Assembly (NCBI GenBank): GCA_019828565.1
Contig: JAHDYR010000037.1
Coordinates: forward strand, 1-64,000
From: Carpediemonas membranifera BICM
Lineage: Eukaryota; Protista; Fornicata
Direction of reading: 5' to 3'
DNA length: 64,000 nucleotides
The notes beneath the pieces are model-generated. The model did not search any database and was not told where the DNA came from. It saw only the letters and a list, made by a program, of their open reading frames with translations. Position numbers and translations under genes: made by a program. Each line of letters starts with the position of its first letter. Positions within the stretch are counted from its first letter, which is position 1. Below, one piece after another: positions 1 through 14,400 of this stretch.

Positions 1-426
1 AATCAATCGAGATCTCTGACGATGACGAGCCGCCGCAGCTCCTGCACCCCACCAACGCATAGCCAGGACGTCCACCCCAGGCCAAGCCAGTGCCCGCCTC
101 AGCCCGCGTCTCCTATTGTGCACGACATCGAGAGCATATCGATCAGCTCGCCCTCTGCCTCGCCGTCCTCGCAAGGATACGTGCCCCCAAAGCGTTTGCG
201 GACTACACCACCGCGCCGTATCCTCCCCAAGCGCTCGACTAGGGCCGCACCATCTCCCCTAGAGAGTCAGCCCCGCACCTGCCCGCAAGCTCGGCCGCCC
301 TCGCTCTACCAAGTTCATCATCTACTCGGACAGCGAGGGACGACGACGAACATCCCAAGAAGCCGAAGGGGTGCATCACACCGAAGAAGGAAGGACGGAC
401 TTGCTTCAATCGTACAGAACTATTAG
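1..426 (+). pseudogene. 3' end of a family-A helicase/OTU ORF copy (runs off the left edge, frameshifted)
   Basis: Near-identical to ~20596-21029 (…IEISDDDEP…PIVHDIESISISSPS…), with homopolymer indels. Confidence 0.75.
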
Positions 427-1473
427 GTATCAAGTGGCAGTGGCCACATGTAAATGATTAACGAACGTAGAATGGGTAGAGCGGGGGCTACGGTCGGCTG
501 CGCCTCCCTCTGCCCCCTGCACCCCCGGAATTGAAGACGGGGGCTCGTTCCTCCGGCTTCGTTCGGCTTCGCTCCGCTCGGGCGCTCGTCGCTACGCTCC
601 TCCCGCCCTCCGCTACGCTACGCCTCTCTACGCCTCCGTCACTCTCTCTGCCCCCTGCGACCCCCGCGGACTCCGCCCATGGCCTGTAACTCCGTCAGAT
701 CACCCCACAAATTTTTGAATCTCGGGCTGTGATTTACATATGAAAAATAAATACCCCCATCCTCCTCAGAGCATGTAATTATGTATTTTAGTGCGCACCC
801 GTGTTCTCTTCCATTCCATACGCGTCACTCTAGACGTATTCACTCACCATGGACACAAAAAGGCTCTATAAAAATTTGTTGAGGGGCCTAAATCAAAAAT
901 CGGGGAAAATAACGTTCCTACACGTACGCAACATGATACAGCAGTATACTCTGTTTAGCTCCAGCATCAATCCTTGAGGCCAGTAAAACCGGTCTTTGAA
1001 CGCGGTTCGCCAGATTCGGATGGATATCGTGACTCAATCACACTGCGAGAGACTTTCAAAATTCCAAATCCCGCAGCCCTGAAGCCTCAGGCCTCGTGCT
1101 GTACTGCACAAGAAGTTAGCGATCGCGACTTTTGTCCTATAACTATTTATGCATAATTCAATGTAAAGACGACGGAGTTGAATAGAGCTTAGGGCGGCGC
1201 CTCCGAGCTGACACGCACAGCTATCCAGAGAAGCAATCCGCAGCCCTGAACGCCGTCTGTAAGCATGTGCTCTGACCTCAAAGTCCAATTTTGAGGGTCC
1301 CGTTTTTTGAGCGGGAAAATTTAGTATAAAAATATTTGCGTTGTCCCAGATTTCAATGCATGTTCGAAGGACCCCTGGGGTAGGCTACACGCTGCATGTG
1401 TCGCCTTCCCTGGCAGGGAGCTAGGGGTCCCGTACCGGGACCCCCAAAATCCGCAATACCTTACCATAACTTA

Positions 1474-3218
1474 GGTTCGAATCCCTCCTGGCACATCCTT
1501 TTTGGACCTCGGCCATATCTCAGTCAATATTGGTCGTCATGCCTTGCAACTGCCCAGATTAGCTTGGCTAGCCCTAAAGAACACATGGCAGTCAGATTTA
1601 TTCAAGTTGTTTTGGACATGACGAACGCTAAAGCCGTTCAGGACTGAGCCACTGGCGCCGAGCGCAAACAGCGCATCCACGACCGCCCAATAGCGGTCCG
1701 GGTTCTTGGACAGCACCTTGGCGCGCTGGAGTGCCTTGTGCATGACCTGGGACGGTACAGCAGCCGCAGCGCCCCCTGCACCCCACCAACGCATAGCCAT
1801 GAGATGTCCACCCCAGGCCAAGCCAGTGCCCGCCCCTCAGCCCGCGTCTCCTATTGTGCACGACATCGAGAGCATATCGATCAGCTCGCCCTCTGCCTCG
1901 CCGTCCTCGCAAGGATACGTGCCCCCAAAGCGTTTGCGGACTACACCACCGCGCCGTATCCTCCCCAAGCGCTCGACTAGGGCCGCACCATCTCCCCTGA
2001 GAGAGTCAGCCCCCGCACCTGCCCGCAAGCTCGGCCGCCCTCGCTCTACCAAGTTCATCATCTACTCGGACAGCGAGGACGACGACGAACATCCCAGAAG
2101 CCGAAGGGGTGCATCACACCGAAGAAGGAAGGACGGACTTGCTTCAATCGTAAGAACTATTAGTATCGAAGTGGCAGTGGCCACATGTAAATGATTAACG
2201 AACGTAGAATGGGTAGAGCGGGGGCTACGGTCGGCTGCGCCTCCCTCTGCCCCCTGCACCCCCGGAATTGAAGACGGGGGGGCTCCGTTCGTTCCTCCGG
2301 CTTCGTTCGGCTTCGCTCCGCTCCGGGCGCTCGTCGCGTTGCTCCTCCCGCCCTCCGCTACGCTACGCCTCTCTACGCCTCCGTCACTCTCTCTGCCCCC
2401 TGCGACCCCCGCGGACTCCGCCCATGGCCTGTAACTACGTCAGATCACCCCACAAATTTTTGAATCTCGGGCTGTGATTTACATATGAAAAAATAAATAC
2501 CCCCATCCTCCTCAGAGCATGTAATTATGTATTTTAGTGCGCACCCGTGTTCTCTTCCATTCCATACGCGTCACTCTAGACGTATTCACTCACCATGGAC
2601 ACAAAAAGGCTCTATAAAAATTTGTTGAGGGCCTAAATCAAAAATCGGGGAAAATAACGTTCCTACACGTACGCAACATGATACAGCAGTATACTCTGTT
2701 TAGCTCCAGCATCAATCCTTGAGGCCAGTAAAACCGGTCTTTGAACGCGGTTCGCCAGATTCGGATGGATATCGTGACTCAATCACACTGCGAGAGACTT
2801 TCAAAAATTCCAAATCCAGCAGCCCGGAAGCCTCAGGCCTCGTGCTGTACTGCACAAGAAGTTAGCGATCGCGACTTTTGTCCTATAACTATTTATGCAT
2901 AATTCAATGTAAAGACGACGGAGTTGAATAGAGCTTAGGGCGGCGCCTCCGAGCTGACACGCACAGCTATCCAGAGAAGCAATCCGCAGCCCTGAACGCC
3001 GTCTGTAAGCATGTGCTCTGACCTCAAAGTCCAATTTTGAGGTCCCGTTTTCGAGCGGGAAAATTTAGTATAAAAATATTTGCGTTGTCCCAGATTTCAA
3101 TGCATGTTCGAAGGACCCTGGGGTAGGCTACACGCTGCATGTGTCGCCTTCCCTGGCAGGGGCCCAGGGGTCCCGTACCGGGACCCCCCAAAATCCGCAA
3201 TACCTTACCATAACTTAC
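1474..3218 (+). mobile_element. Non-autonomous family-A derivative (unit B), truncated at the tRNA-like B box
   Basis: Same sequence as 6643-8391; begins GGTTCGAATCCC directly after the previous unit's ...ATAACTTA end. Confidence 0.8.
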
Positions 3219-6200
3219 AGGCCCCATAGAGCACATTTCACTCTTCACCTCGCTGAAACCATGGTCAAGTTGATCCAGCCACGTCGCTCAGCTTCAATCA
3301 CGCAAGGCGAGCGGACAACGAGTAGACCACACCCAGATGGAGGCTGAATCGCGACATGTGCGCTCTACAGCTGTCTATAGGCCCGCACGCATACATGGGT
3401 GCGAAGTCCCAGCCCTCCAATGTCACGTATTGACGAGGTCGTCAAAGCATATCTTTACGCAATCTTTTGACCTCAAGTCGTGGACTGCCCGGGGGTAGTT
3501 CGGGGCGCTGAACACGCTGGTGAAGTCCCCTATGCTCCATCTCCGCCCCATCACCGCCAAATTCCGAGGATCGAATTCCGCGACTCAAACCCAGAGTTGC
3601 AGACCTCAGCGTTCACAACCACCCCCGGCTAGACACGTTCTAGGCCCCATAGAGCACATTTCACTCTTCATCTCGCTGAAACCATGGTCAAGTTGATCCA
3701 GCCACGTCGCTCAGCTTCAATCACGCAAGGCGAGCGGACAACGAGTAGACCACACCCAGATGGAGGCTGAATCGCGACATGTGCGCTCTACAGCTGTCTA
3801 TAAGCCCGCACGCATACATGGGTGCGAAGTCCCAGCCCTCCAATGTCACGTATTGACGAGGTCGTCAAAAGCATATCTTTACGCAATCTTTTGACCTCAA
3901 GTCGTGGACTGCCCGGGGGTAGTTCGGGGCGCTGAACACGCTGGTGAAGTCCCCTATGCTCCATCTCCGCCCCATCACCGCCAAATTCCGAGGATCGAAT
4001 TCCGCGACTCAAAACCCAGAGTTGCAGACCTCAGCGTTCACAACCACCCCCGGCTAGACACGTTCTAGGCCCCATAGAGCACATTTCACTCTTCATCTCG
4101 CTGAAACCATGGTCAAGTTGATCCAGCCACGTCGCTCAGCTTCAATCACGCAAGGCGAGCGGACAACGAGTAGACCACACCCAGATGGAGGCTGAATCGC
4201 GACATGTGCGCTCTACAGCTGTCTATAAGCCCGCACGCATACATGGGTGCGAAGTCCCAGCCCTCCAATGTCACGTATTGACGAGGTCGTCAAAGCATAT
4301 CTTTACGCAATCTTTTTGACCTCAAGTCGTGGACTGCCCGGGGGTAGTTCGGGGCGCTGAACACGCTGGTGAAGTCCCCTATGCTCCATCTCCGCCCCAT
4401 CACCGCCAAATTCCGAGGATCGAATTCCGCGACTCAAACCCAGAGTTGCAGACCTCAGCGTTCACAACCACCCCCGGCTAGACACGTTCTAGGCCCCATA
4501 GAGCACATTTCACTCTTCATCTCGCTGAAACCATGGTCAAGTTGATCCAGCCACGTCGCTCAGCTTCAATCACGCAAGGCGAGCGGACAACGAGTAGACC
4601 ACACCCAGATGGAGGCTGAATCGCGACATGTGCGCTCTACAGCTGTCTATAAGCCCGCACGCATACATGGGTGCGAAGTCCCAGCCCTCCAATGTCACGT
4701 ATTGACGAGGTCGTCAAAGCATATCTTTACGCAATCTTTTGACCTCAAGTCGTGGACTGCCCGGGGGTAGTTCGGGGCGCTGAACACGCTGGTGAAGTCC
4801 CCTATGCTCCATCTCCGCCCCATCACCGCCAAATTCCGAGGATCGAATTCCGCGACTCAAACCCAGAGTTGCAGACCTCAGCGTTCACAACCACCCCCGG
4901 CTAGACACGTTCTAGGCCCCATAGAGCACATTTCACTCTTCATCTCGCTGAAACCATGGTCAAGTTGATCCAGCCACGTCGCTCAGCTTCAATCACGCAA
5001 GGCGAGCGGACAACGAGTAGACCACACCCAGATGGAGGCTGAATCGCGACATGTGCGCTCTACAGCTGTCTATAGGCCCGCACGCATACATGGGTGCGAA
5101 GTCCCAGCCCTCAAATGTCACGTATTGACGAGGTCGTAAAAGCATATCTTTACTCAATCTTTTGACCTCAAGTCGTGGACTGCCCGGGGGTAGTTCGGGG
5201 CGCTGAACACGCTGGTGAAGTCCCCTATGCTCCATCTCCGCCCCATCACCGCCAAATTCCGAGGATCGAATTCCGCGACTCAAACCCAGAGTTGCAGACC
5301 TCAGCGTTCACAACCACCCCCGGCTAGACACGTTCTAGGCCCCATAGAGCACATTTCACTCTTCACCTCGCTGAAACCATGGTCAAGTTGATCCAGCCAC
5401 GTCGCTCAGCTTCAATCACGCAAGGCGAGCGGACAACGAGTAGACCACACCCAGATGAAGGCTGAATCGCGACATGTGCGCTCTACAGCTGTCTATAGGC
5501 CCGCACGCATACATGGGTGCGAAGTCCCAGCCCTCCAATGTCACGTATTGACGAGGTCGTCAAAGCATATCTTTACGCAATCTTTTGACCTCAAGTCGTG
5601 GACTGCCCGGGGGTAGTTCGGGGCGCTGAACACGCTGGTGAAGTCCCCTATGCTCCATCTCCGCCCCATCACCGCCAAATCCCGGGGATCGAATTCCGCG
5701 ACTCAAACCCAGAGTTGCAGACCTCAGCGTTCACAACCACCCCCGGCTAGACACGTTCTAGGCCCCATAGAGCACATTTCACTCTTCACCTCGCTGAAAC
5801 CATGGTCAAGTTGATCCAGCCACGTCGCTCAGCTTCAATCACGCAAGGCGAGCGGACAACGAGTAGACCACACCCAGATGAAGGCTGAATCGCGACATGT
5901 GCGCTCTACAGCTGTCTATAGGCCCGCACGCATACATGGGTGCGAAGTCCCAGCCCTCCAATGTCACGTATTGACGAGGTCGTCAAAGCATATCTTTACG
6001 CAATCTTTTTGACCTCAAGTCGTGGACTGCCCGGGGGTAGTTCGGGGCGCTGAACACGCTGGTGAAGTCCCCTATGCTCCATCTCCGCCCCATCACCGCC
6101 AAATCCCGGGGATCGAATTCCGCGACTCAAACCCAGAGTTGCAGACCTCAGCGTTCACAACCACCCCCGGCTAGACACGTTCTAGGCCCCATAGAGCACA

Positions 6201-6518
6201 TTTCACTCTTCACCTCGCTGAAACCATGGTCAAGTTGATCCAGTCACGTCGCTCAGCTTCAATCACGCAAGGCGAGCGGACAACGAGTAGACCACACCCA
6301 GATGAAGGCTGAATCGCGACATGTGCGCTCTACAGCTGTCTATAGGCCCGCACGCATACATGGGTGCGAAGTCCCAGCCCTCCAATGTCACGTATTGACG
6401 AGGTCGTCAAAGCATATCTTTACTCAATCTTTTTGACCTCAAGTCGTGGACTGCCCGGGGGTAGTTCGGGGCGCTGAACACGCTGGTGAAGTCCCCTATG
6501 CTCCATCTCCGCCCCATC
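3219..6518. repeat. Tandem ~423-bp satellite, ~7.8 copies
   Basis: AGGCCCCATAGAGCAC recurs at 3219, 3642, 4067, 4491, 4914, 5337, 5760 and 6184; copies are near-identical. Confidence 0.95.
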
Positions 6519-6591
6519 TCCGCCTGGCCAGATCATGATGCGTCAATTGTCACATATCTGGAAGTCAAGTCTGTTGTAACGCGTCAGGTTT

Positions 6592-6674
6592 GAGCCATGG
6601 TGTAGATGGTATAGCAGATGTTGGTGAATACAAGAGGTGGTAGGTTCGAATCCCTCCTGGCACATCCTTTTTTT
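6592..6674 (+). pseudogene. Degenerate tRNA-like Pol III unit (A box, B box, oligo-T); copies at 9624-9706, 16045-16125 and partial at 1474-1504
   Basis: A box TGGTGTAGATGG, B box GGTTCGAATCC, imperfect acceptor stem (GAGCCA/TGGCAC), followed by T5-7. Stems have mismatches, so the isotype cannot be assigned. Confidence 0.6.
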
Positions 6675-8391
6675 GGACCTCGGCCATATCTCAGTCAATA
6701 TTGGTCGTCATGCCTTGCAACTGCCCAGATTAGCTTGACTAGCCCTAAAGAACACATGGCAGTCAGATTTATTCAAGTTGTTTGGACATGACGAACGCTA
6801 AGCCGTTCAGGACTGAGCCACTGGCGCCGAGCGCAAACAGCGCATCCACGACCGCCCAATAGCGGTCCGGGTTCTTGGACAGCACCTTGGCGCGCTGGAG
6901 TGCCTTGTGCATGACCTGGGACGGTACAGCAGCCGCAGCGCCCCCTGCACCCCACCAACGCATAGCCATGAGATGTCCACCCCAGGCCAAGCCAGTGCCC
7001 GCCCCTCAGCCCGCGTCTCCTATTGTGCACGACATCGAGAGCATATCGATCAGCTCGCCCTCTGCCTCGCCGTCCTCGCAAGGATACGTGCCCCCAAAGC
7101 GTTTGCGGACTACACCACCGCGCCGTATCCTCCCCAAGCGCTCGACTAGGGCCGCACCATCTCCCCTGAGAGAGTCAGCCCCCCGCACCTGCCCGCAAGC
7201 TCGGCCGCCCTCGCTCTACCAAGTTCATCATCTACTCGGACAGCGAGGACGACGACGAACATCCCAAGAAGCCGAAGGGGTGCATCACACCGAAGAAGGA
7301 AGGACGGACTTGCTTCAATCGTAAGAACTATTAGTATCGAAGTGGCAGTGGCCACATGTAAATGATTAACGAACGTAGAATGGGTAGAGCGGGGGCTACG
7401 GTCGGCTGCGCCTCCCTCTGCCCCCTGCACCCCCGGAATTGAAGACGGGGGCTCCGTTCATTCCTCCGGCTTCGTTCGGCTTCGCTCCGCTCCGGGCGCT
7501 CGTCGCTACGCTCCTCCCGCCCTCCGCTACGCTACGCCTCTCTACGCCTCCGTCACTCTCTCTGCCCCCCTGCGACCCCCCGCGGACTCCGCCCATGGCC
7601 TGTAACTACGTCAGATCACCCCACAAATTTTTGAATCTCGGGCTGTGATTTACATATGAAAAAATAAATACCCCCATCCTCCTCAGAGCATGTAATTATG
7701 TATTGTAGTGCGCACCCGTGTTCTCTTCCATTCCATACGCGTCACTCTAGACGTATTCACTCACCATGGACACAAAAAGGCTCTATAAAAAAATTTGTTG
7801 AGGGCCTAAATCAAAAATCGGGGAAAATAACGTTCCTACACGTACGCAACATGATACAGCAGTATACTCTGTTTAGCTCCAGCATCAATCCTTGAGGCCA
7901 GTAAAACCGGTCTTTGAACGCGGTTCGCCAGATTCGGATGGATATCGTGACTCAATCACACTGCGAGAGACTTTCAAAAATTCCAAATCCAGCAGCCCGG
8001 AAGCCTCAGGCCTCGTGCTGTACTGCACAAGAAGTTAGCGATCGCGACTTTTGTCCTATAACTATTTATGCATAATTCAATGTAAAGACGACGGAGTTGA
8101 ATAGAGCTTAGGGCGGCGCCTCCGAGCTGACACGCACAGCTATCCAGAGAAGCAATCCGCAGCCCTGAACGCCGTCTGTAAGCATGTGCTCTGACCTCAA
8201 AGTCCAATTTTGAGGTCCCGTTTTGAGCGGGAAAATTTAGTATAAAAATATTTGCGTTGTCCCAGATTTCAATGCATGTTCGAAGGACCCCTGGGGTAGG
8301 CTACACGCTGCATGTGTCGCCTTCCCTGGCAGGGGCCCAGGGGTCCCGGTACGGGACCCCCCAAAATCCGCAATACCTTACCATAACTTAC

Positions 8392-9550
8392 TCTTCATCT
8401 CGCTGAAACCATGGTCAAGTTGATCCAGCCACGTCGCTCAGCTTCAATCACGCAAGGCGAGCGGACAACGAGTAGACCACACCCAGATGGAGGCTGAATC
8501 GCGACATGTGCGCTCTACAGCTGTCTATAGGCCCGCACGCATACATGGGTGCGAAGTCCCAGCCCTCCAATGTCACGTATTGACGTGGTCGTCAAAGCAT
8601 ATCTTTACGCAATCTTTTGACCTCAAGTCGTGGACTGCCCGGGGGTAGTTCGGGGCGCTGAACACGCTGGTGAAGTCCCCTATGCTCCATCTCCGCCCCA
8701 TCACCGCCAAATCCCGGGGATCGAATTCCGCGACTCAAACCCAGAGTTGCAGACCTCAGCGTTCACAACCACCCCCGGCTAGACACGTTCTAGGCCCCAT
8801 AGAGCACATTTCACTCTTCACCTCGCTGAAACCATGGTCAAGTTGATCCAGCCACGTCGCTCAGCTTCAATCACGCAAGGCGAGCGGACAACGAGTAGAC
8901 CACACCCAGATGAAGGCTGAATCGCGACATGTGCGCTCTACAGCTGTCTATAAGCCCGCACGCATACATGGGTGCGAAGTCCCAGCCCTCCAATGTCACG
9001 TATTGACGAGGTCGTCAAAGCATATCTTTACGCAATCTTTTTGACCTCAAGTCGTGGACTGCCCGGGGGTAGTTCGGGGCGCTGAACACGCTGGTGAAGT
9101 CCCCTATGCTCCATCTCCGCCCCATCACCGCCAAATCCCGGGGATCGAATTCCGCGACTCAAACCCAGAGTTGCAGACCTCAGCGTTCACAACCACCCCC
9201 GGCTAGACACGTTCTAGGCCCCATAGAGCACATTTCACTCTTCACCTCGCTGAAACCATGGTCAAGTTGATCCAGTCACGTCGCTCAGCTTCAATCACGC
9301 AAGGCGAGCGGACAACGAGTAGACCACACCCAGATGAAGGCTGAATCGCGACATGTGCGCTCTACAGCTGTCTATAGGCCCGCACGCATACATGGGTGCG
9401 AAGTCCCAGCCCTCCAATGTCACGTATTGACGAGGTCGTCAAAGCATATCTTTACTCAATCTTTTTGACCTCAAGTCGTGGACTGCCCGGGGGTAGTTCG
9501 GGGCGCTGAACACGCTGGTGAAGTCCCCTATGCTCCATCTCCGCCCCATC
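8392..9550. repeat. Tandem ~423-bp satellite, ~2.7 copies
   Basis: Unit starts at 8792 and 9216; same monomer as 3219-6518. Confidence 0.95.
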
Positions 9551-11421
9551 TCCGCCTGGCCAGATCATGATGCGTCAATTGTCACATATCTGGAAGTCAA
9601 GTCTGTTGTAACGCGTCAGGTTTGAGCCATGGTGTAGATGGTATAGCAGATGTTGGTGAATACAAGAGGTGGTAGGTTCGAATCCCTCCTGGCACATCCT
9701 TTTTTTGGACCTCGGCCATATCTCAGTCAATATTGGTCGTCATGCCTTGCAACTGCCCAGATTAGCTTGACTAGCCCTAAAGAACACATGGCAGTCAGAT
9801 TTATTCAAGTTGTTTGGACATGACGAACGCTAAGCCGTTCAGGACTGAGCCACTGGCGCCGAGCGCAAACAGCGCATCCACGACCGCCCAATAGCGGTCC
9901 GGGTTCTTGGACAGCACCTTGGCGCGCTGGAGTGCCTTGTGCATGACCTGGGACGGTACAGCAGCCGCAGCGCCCCCTGCACCCCACCAACGCATAGCCA
10001 TGAGATGTCCACCCCAGGCCAAGCCAGTGCCCGCCCCTCAGCCCGCGTCTCCTATTGTGCACGACATCGAGAGCATATCGATCAGCTCGCCCTCTGCCTC
10101 GCCGTCCTCGCAAGGATACGTGCCCCCAAAGCGTTTGCGGACTACACCACCGCGCCGTATCCTCCCCAAGCGCTCGACTAGGGCCGCACCATCTCCCCTG
10201 AGAGAGTCAGCCCCCGCACCTGCCCGCAAGCTCGGCCGCCCTCGCTCTACCAAGTTCATCATCTACTCGGACAGCGAGGACGACGACGAACATCCCAAGA
10301 AGCCGAAGGGGTGCATCACACCGAAGAAGGAAGGACGGACTTGCTTCAATCGTAAGAACTATTAGTATCGAAGTGGCAGTGGCCACATGTAAATGATTAA
10401 CGAACGTAGAATGGGTAGAGCGGGGGCTACGGTCGGCTGCGCCTCCCTCTGCCCCCCTGCACCCCCGGAATTGAAGACGGGGGGCTCCGTCATTCCTCCG
10501 GCTTCGTTCGGCTTCGCTCCGCTCCGGGCGCTCGTCGCGTTGCTCCTCCCGCCCTCCGCTACGCTACGCCTCTCTACGCCTCCGTCACTCTCTCTGCCCC
10601 CTGCGACCCCCCGCGGACTCCGCCCATGGCCTGTAACTACGTCAGATCACCCCACAAATTTTTGAATCTCGGGCTGTGATTTACATATGAAAAAATAAAT
10701 ACCCCCATCCTCCTCAGAGCATGTAATTATGTATTGTAGTGCGCACCCGTGTTCTCTTCCATTCCATACGCGTCACTCTAGACGTATTCACTCACCATGG
10801 ACACAAAAAGGCTCTATAAAAATTTGTTGAGGGCCTAAATCAAAAATCGGGGAAAATAACGTTCCTACACGTACGCAACATGATACAGCAGTATACTCTG
10901 TTTAGCTCCAGCATCAATCCTTGAGGCCAGTAAAACCGGTCTTTGAACGCGGTTCGCCAGATTCGGATGGATATCGTGACTCAATCACACTGCGAGAGAC
11001 TTTCAAAAATTCCAAATCCAGCAGCCCGGAAGCCTCAGGCCTCGTGCTGTACTGCACAAGAAGTTAGCGATCGCGACTTTTTGTCCTATAACTATTTATG
11101 CATAATTCAATGTAAAGACGACGGAGTTGAATAGAGCTTAGGGCGGCGCCTCCGAGCTGACACGCACAGCTATCCAGAGAAGCAATCCGCAGCCCTGAAC
11201 GCCGTCTGTAAGCATGTGCTCTGACCTCAAAGTCCAATTTTGAGGTCCCGTTTTTGAGCGGGAAAATTTAGTATAAAATATTTGCGTTGTCCCAGATTTC
11301 AATGCATGTTCGAAGGACCCCTGGGGTAGGCTACACGCTGCATGTGTCGCCTTCCCTGGCAGGGGCCCAGGGGTCCCGTACCGGGACCCCCCAAAATCCG
11401 CAATACCTTACCATAACTTAC
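8392..11421 (+). mobile_element. Non-autonomous unit B copy (~2.7 satellite repeats)
   Basis: Same organisation as 3219-8391; ends ...CATAACTTAC. Confidence 0.8.
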
Positions 11422-14400
11422 TCTTCATCTCGCTGAAACCATGGTCAAGTTGATCCAGCCACGTCGCTCAGCTTCAATCACGCAAGGCGAGCGGACAACG
11501 AGTAGACCACACCCAGATTGAGGCTGAATCGCGACATGTGCGCTCTACAGCTGTCTATAGGCCCGCACGCATACATGGGTGCGAAGTCCCAGCCCTCAAA
11601 TGTCACGTATTGACGAGGTCGTAAAAGCATATCTTTACTCAATCTTTTGACCTCAAGTCGTGGACTGCCCGGGGGTAGTTCGGGGCGCTGAACACGCTGG
11701 TGAAGTCCCCTATGCTCCATCTCCGCCCCATCACCGCCAAATCCCGGGGATCGAATTCCGCGACTCAAACCCAGAGTTGCAGACCTCAGCGTTCACAACC
11801 ACCCCCGGCTAGACACGTTCTAGGCCCCATAGAGCACATTTCACTCTTCACCTCGCTGAAACCATGGTCAAGTTGATCCAGCCACGTCGCTCAGCTTCAA
11901 TCACGCAAGGCGAGCGGACAACGAGTAGACCACACCCAGATGGAGGCTGAATCGCGACATGTGCGCTCTACAGCTGTCTATAAGCCCGCACGCATACATG
12001 GGTGCGAAGTCCCAGCCCTCCAATGTCACGTATTGACGAGGTCGTCAAAGCATATCTTTACGCAATCTTTTTGACCTCAAGTCGTGGACTGCCCGGGGGT
12101 AGTTCGGGGCGCTGAACACGCTGGTGAAGTCCCCTATGCTCCATCTCCGCCCCATCACCGCCAAATTCCGAGGATCGAATTCCGCGACTCAAACCCAGAG
12201 TTGCAGACCTCAGCGTTCACAACCACCCCCGGCTAGACACGTTCTAGGCCCCATAGAGCACATTTCACTCTTCATCTCGCTGAAACCATGGTCAAGTTGA
12301 TCCAGCCACGTCGCTCAGCTTCAATCACGCAAGGCGAGCGGACAACGAGTAGACCACACCCAGATGGAGGCTGAATCGCGACATGTGCGCTCTACAGCTG
12401 TCTATAGGCCCGCACGCATACATGGGTGCGAAGTCCCAGCCCTCAAATGTCACGTATTGACGAGGTCGTAAAAGCATATCTTTACTCAATCTTTTGACCT
12501 CAAGTCGTGGACTGCCCGGGGGTAGTTCGGGGCGCTGAACACGCTGGTGAAGTCCCCTATGCTCCATCTCCGCCCCATCACCGCCAAATTCCGAGGATCG
12601 AATTCCGCGACTCAAACCCAGAGTTGCAGACCTCAGCGTTCACAACCACCCCCGGCTAGACACGTTCTAGGCCCCATAGAGCACATTTCACTCTTCACCT
12701 CGCTGAAACCATGGTCAAGTTGATCCAGCCACGTCGCTCAGCTTCAATCACGCAAGGCGAGCGGACAACGAGTAGACCACACCCAGATGAAGGCTGAATC
12801 GCGACATGTGCGCTCTACAGCTGTCTATAAGCCCGCACGCATACATGGGTGCGAAGTCCCAGCCCTCCAATGTCACGTATTGACGAGGTCGTCAAAGCAT
12901 ATCTTTACGCAATCTTTTGACCTCAAGTCGTGGACTGCCCGGGGGTAGTTCGGGGCGCTGAACACGCTGGTGAAGTCCCCTATGCTCCATCTCCGCCCCA
13001 TCACCGCCAAATCCCGGGGATCGAATTCCGCGACTCAAACCCAGAGTTGCAGACCTCAGCGTTCACAACCACCCCCGGCTAGACACGTTCTAGGCCCCAT
13101 AGAGCACATTTCACTCTTCACCTCGCTGAAACCATGGTCAAGTTGATCCAGCCACGTCGCTCAGCTTCAATCACGCAAGGCGAGCGGACAACGAGTAGAC
13201 CACACCCAGATGAAGGCTGAATCGCGACATGTGCGCTCTACAGCTGTCTATAGGCCCGCACGCATACATGGGTGCGAAGTCCCAGCCCTCCAATGTCACG
13301 TATTGACGAGGTCGTCAAAGCATATCTTTACGCAATCTTTTGACCTCAAGTCGTGGACTGCCCGGGGGTAGTTCGGGGCGCTGAACACGCTGGTGAAGTC
13401 CCCTATGCTCCATCTCCGCCCCATCACCGCCAAATCCCGGGGATCGAATTCCGCGACTCAAACCCAGAGTTGCAGACCTCAGCGTTCACAACCACCCCCG
13501 GCTAGACACGTTCTAGGCCCCATAGAGCACATTTCACTCTTCACCTCGCTGAAACCATGGTCAAGTTGATCCAGCCACGTCGCTCAGCTTCAATCACGCA
13601 AGGCGAGCGGACAACGAGTAGACCACACCCAGATGAAGGCTGAATCGCGACATGTGCGCTCTACAGCTGTCTATAGGCCCGCACGCATACATGGGTGCGA
13701 AGTCCCAGCCCTCCAATGTCACGTATTGACGAGGTCGTCAAAGCATATCTTTACGCAATCTTTTTGACCTCAAGTCGTGGACTGCCCGGGGGTAGTTCGG
13801 GGCGCTGAACACGCTGGTGAAGTCCCCTATGCTCCATCTCCGCCCCATCACCGCCAAATCCCGGGGATCGAATTCCGCGACTCAAACCCAGAGTTGCAGA
13901 CCTCAGCGTTCACAACCACCCCCGGCTAGACACGTTCTAGGCCCCATAGAGCACATTTCACTCTTCACCTCGCTGAAACCATGGTCAAGTTGATCCAGCC
14001 ACGTCGCTCAGCTTCAATCACGCAAGGCGAGCGGACAACGAGTAGACCACACCCAGATGAAGGCTGAATCGCGACATGTGCGCTCTACAGCTGTCTATAG
14101 GCCCGCACGCATACATGGGTGCGAAGTCCCAGCCCTCCAATGTCACGTATTGACGAGGTCGTCAAAGCATATCTTTACGCAATCTTTTTGACCTCAAGTC
14201 GTGGACTGCCCGGGGGTAGTTCGGGGCGCTGAACACGCTGGTGAAGTCCCCTATGCTCCATCTCCGCCCCATCACCGCCAAATTCCGAGGATCGAATTCC
14301 GCGACTCAAACCCAGAGTTGCAGACCTCAGCGTTCACAACCACCCCCGGCTAGACACGTTCTAGGCCCCATAGAGCACATTTCACTCTTCATCTCGCTGA

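Larger units (their letters stand above)
3219..8391 (+). mobile_element. Non-autonomous unit B: 423-bp satellite + tRNA-like sequence + captured fragment + family-A 3' end
   Basis: Identity to the family-A ORF tail and 3' region starts at ~6932 (GCCGCAGCGCCCCCTGCACCCC); unrelated captured DNA lies to the left. Confidence 0.8.
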
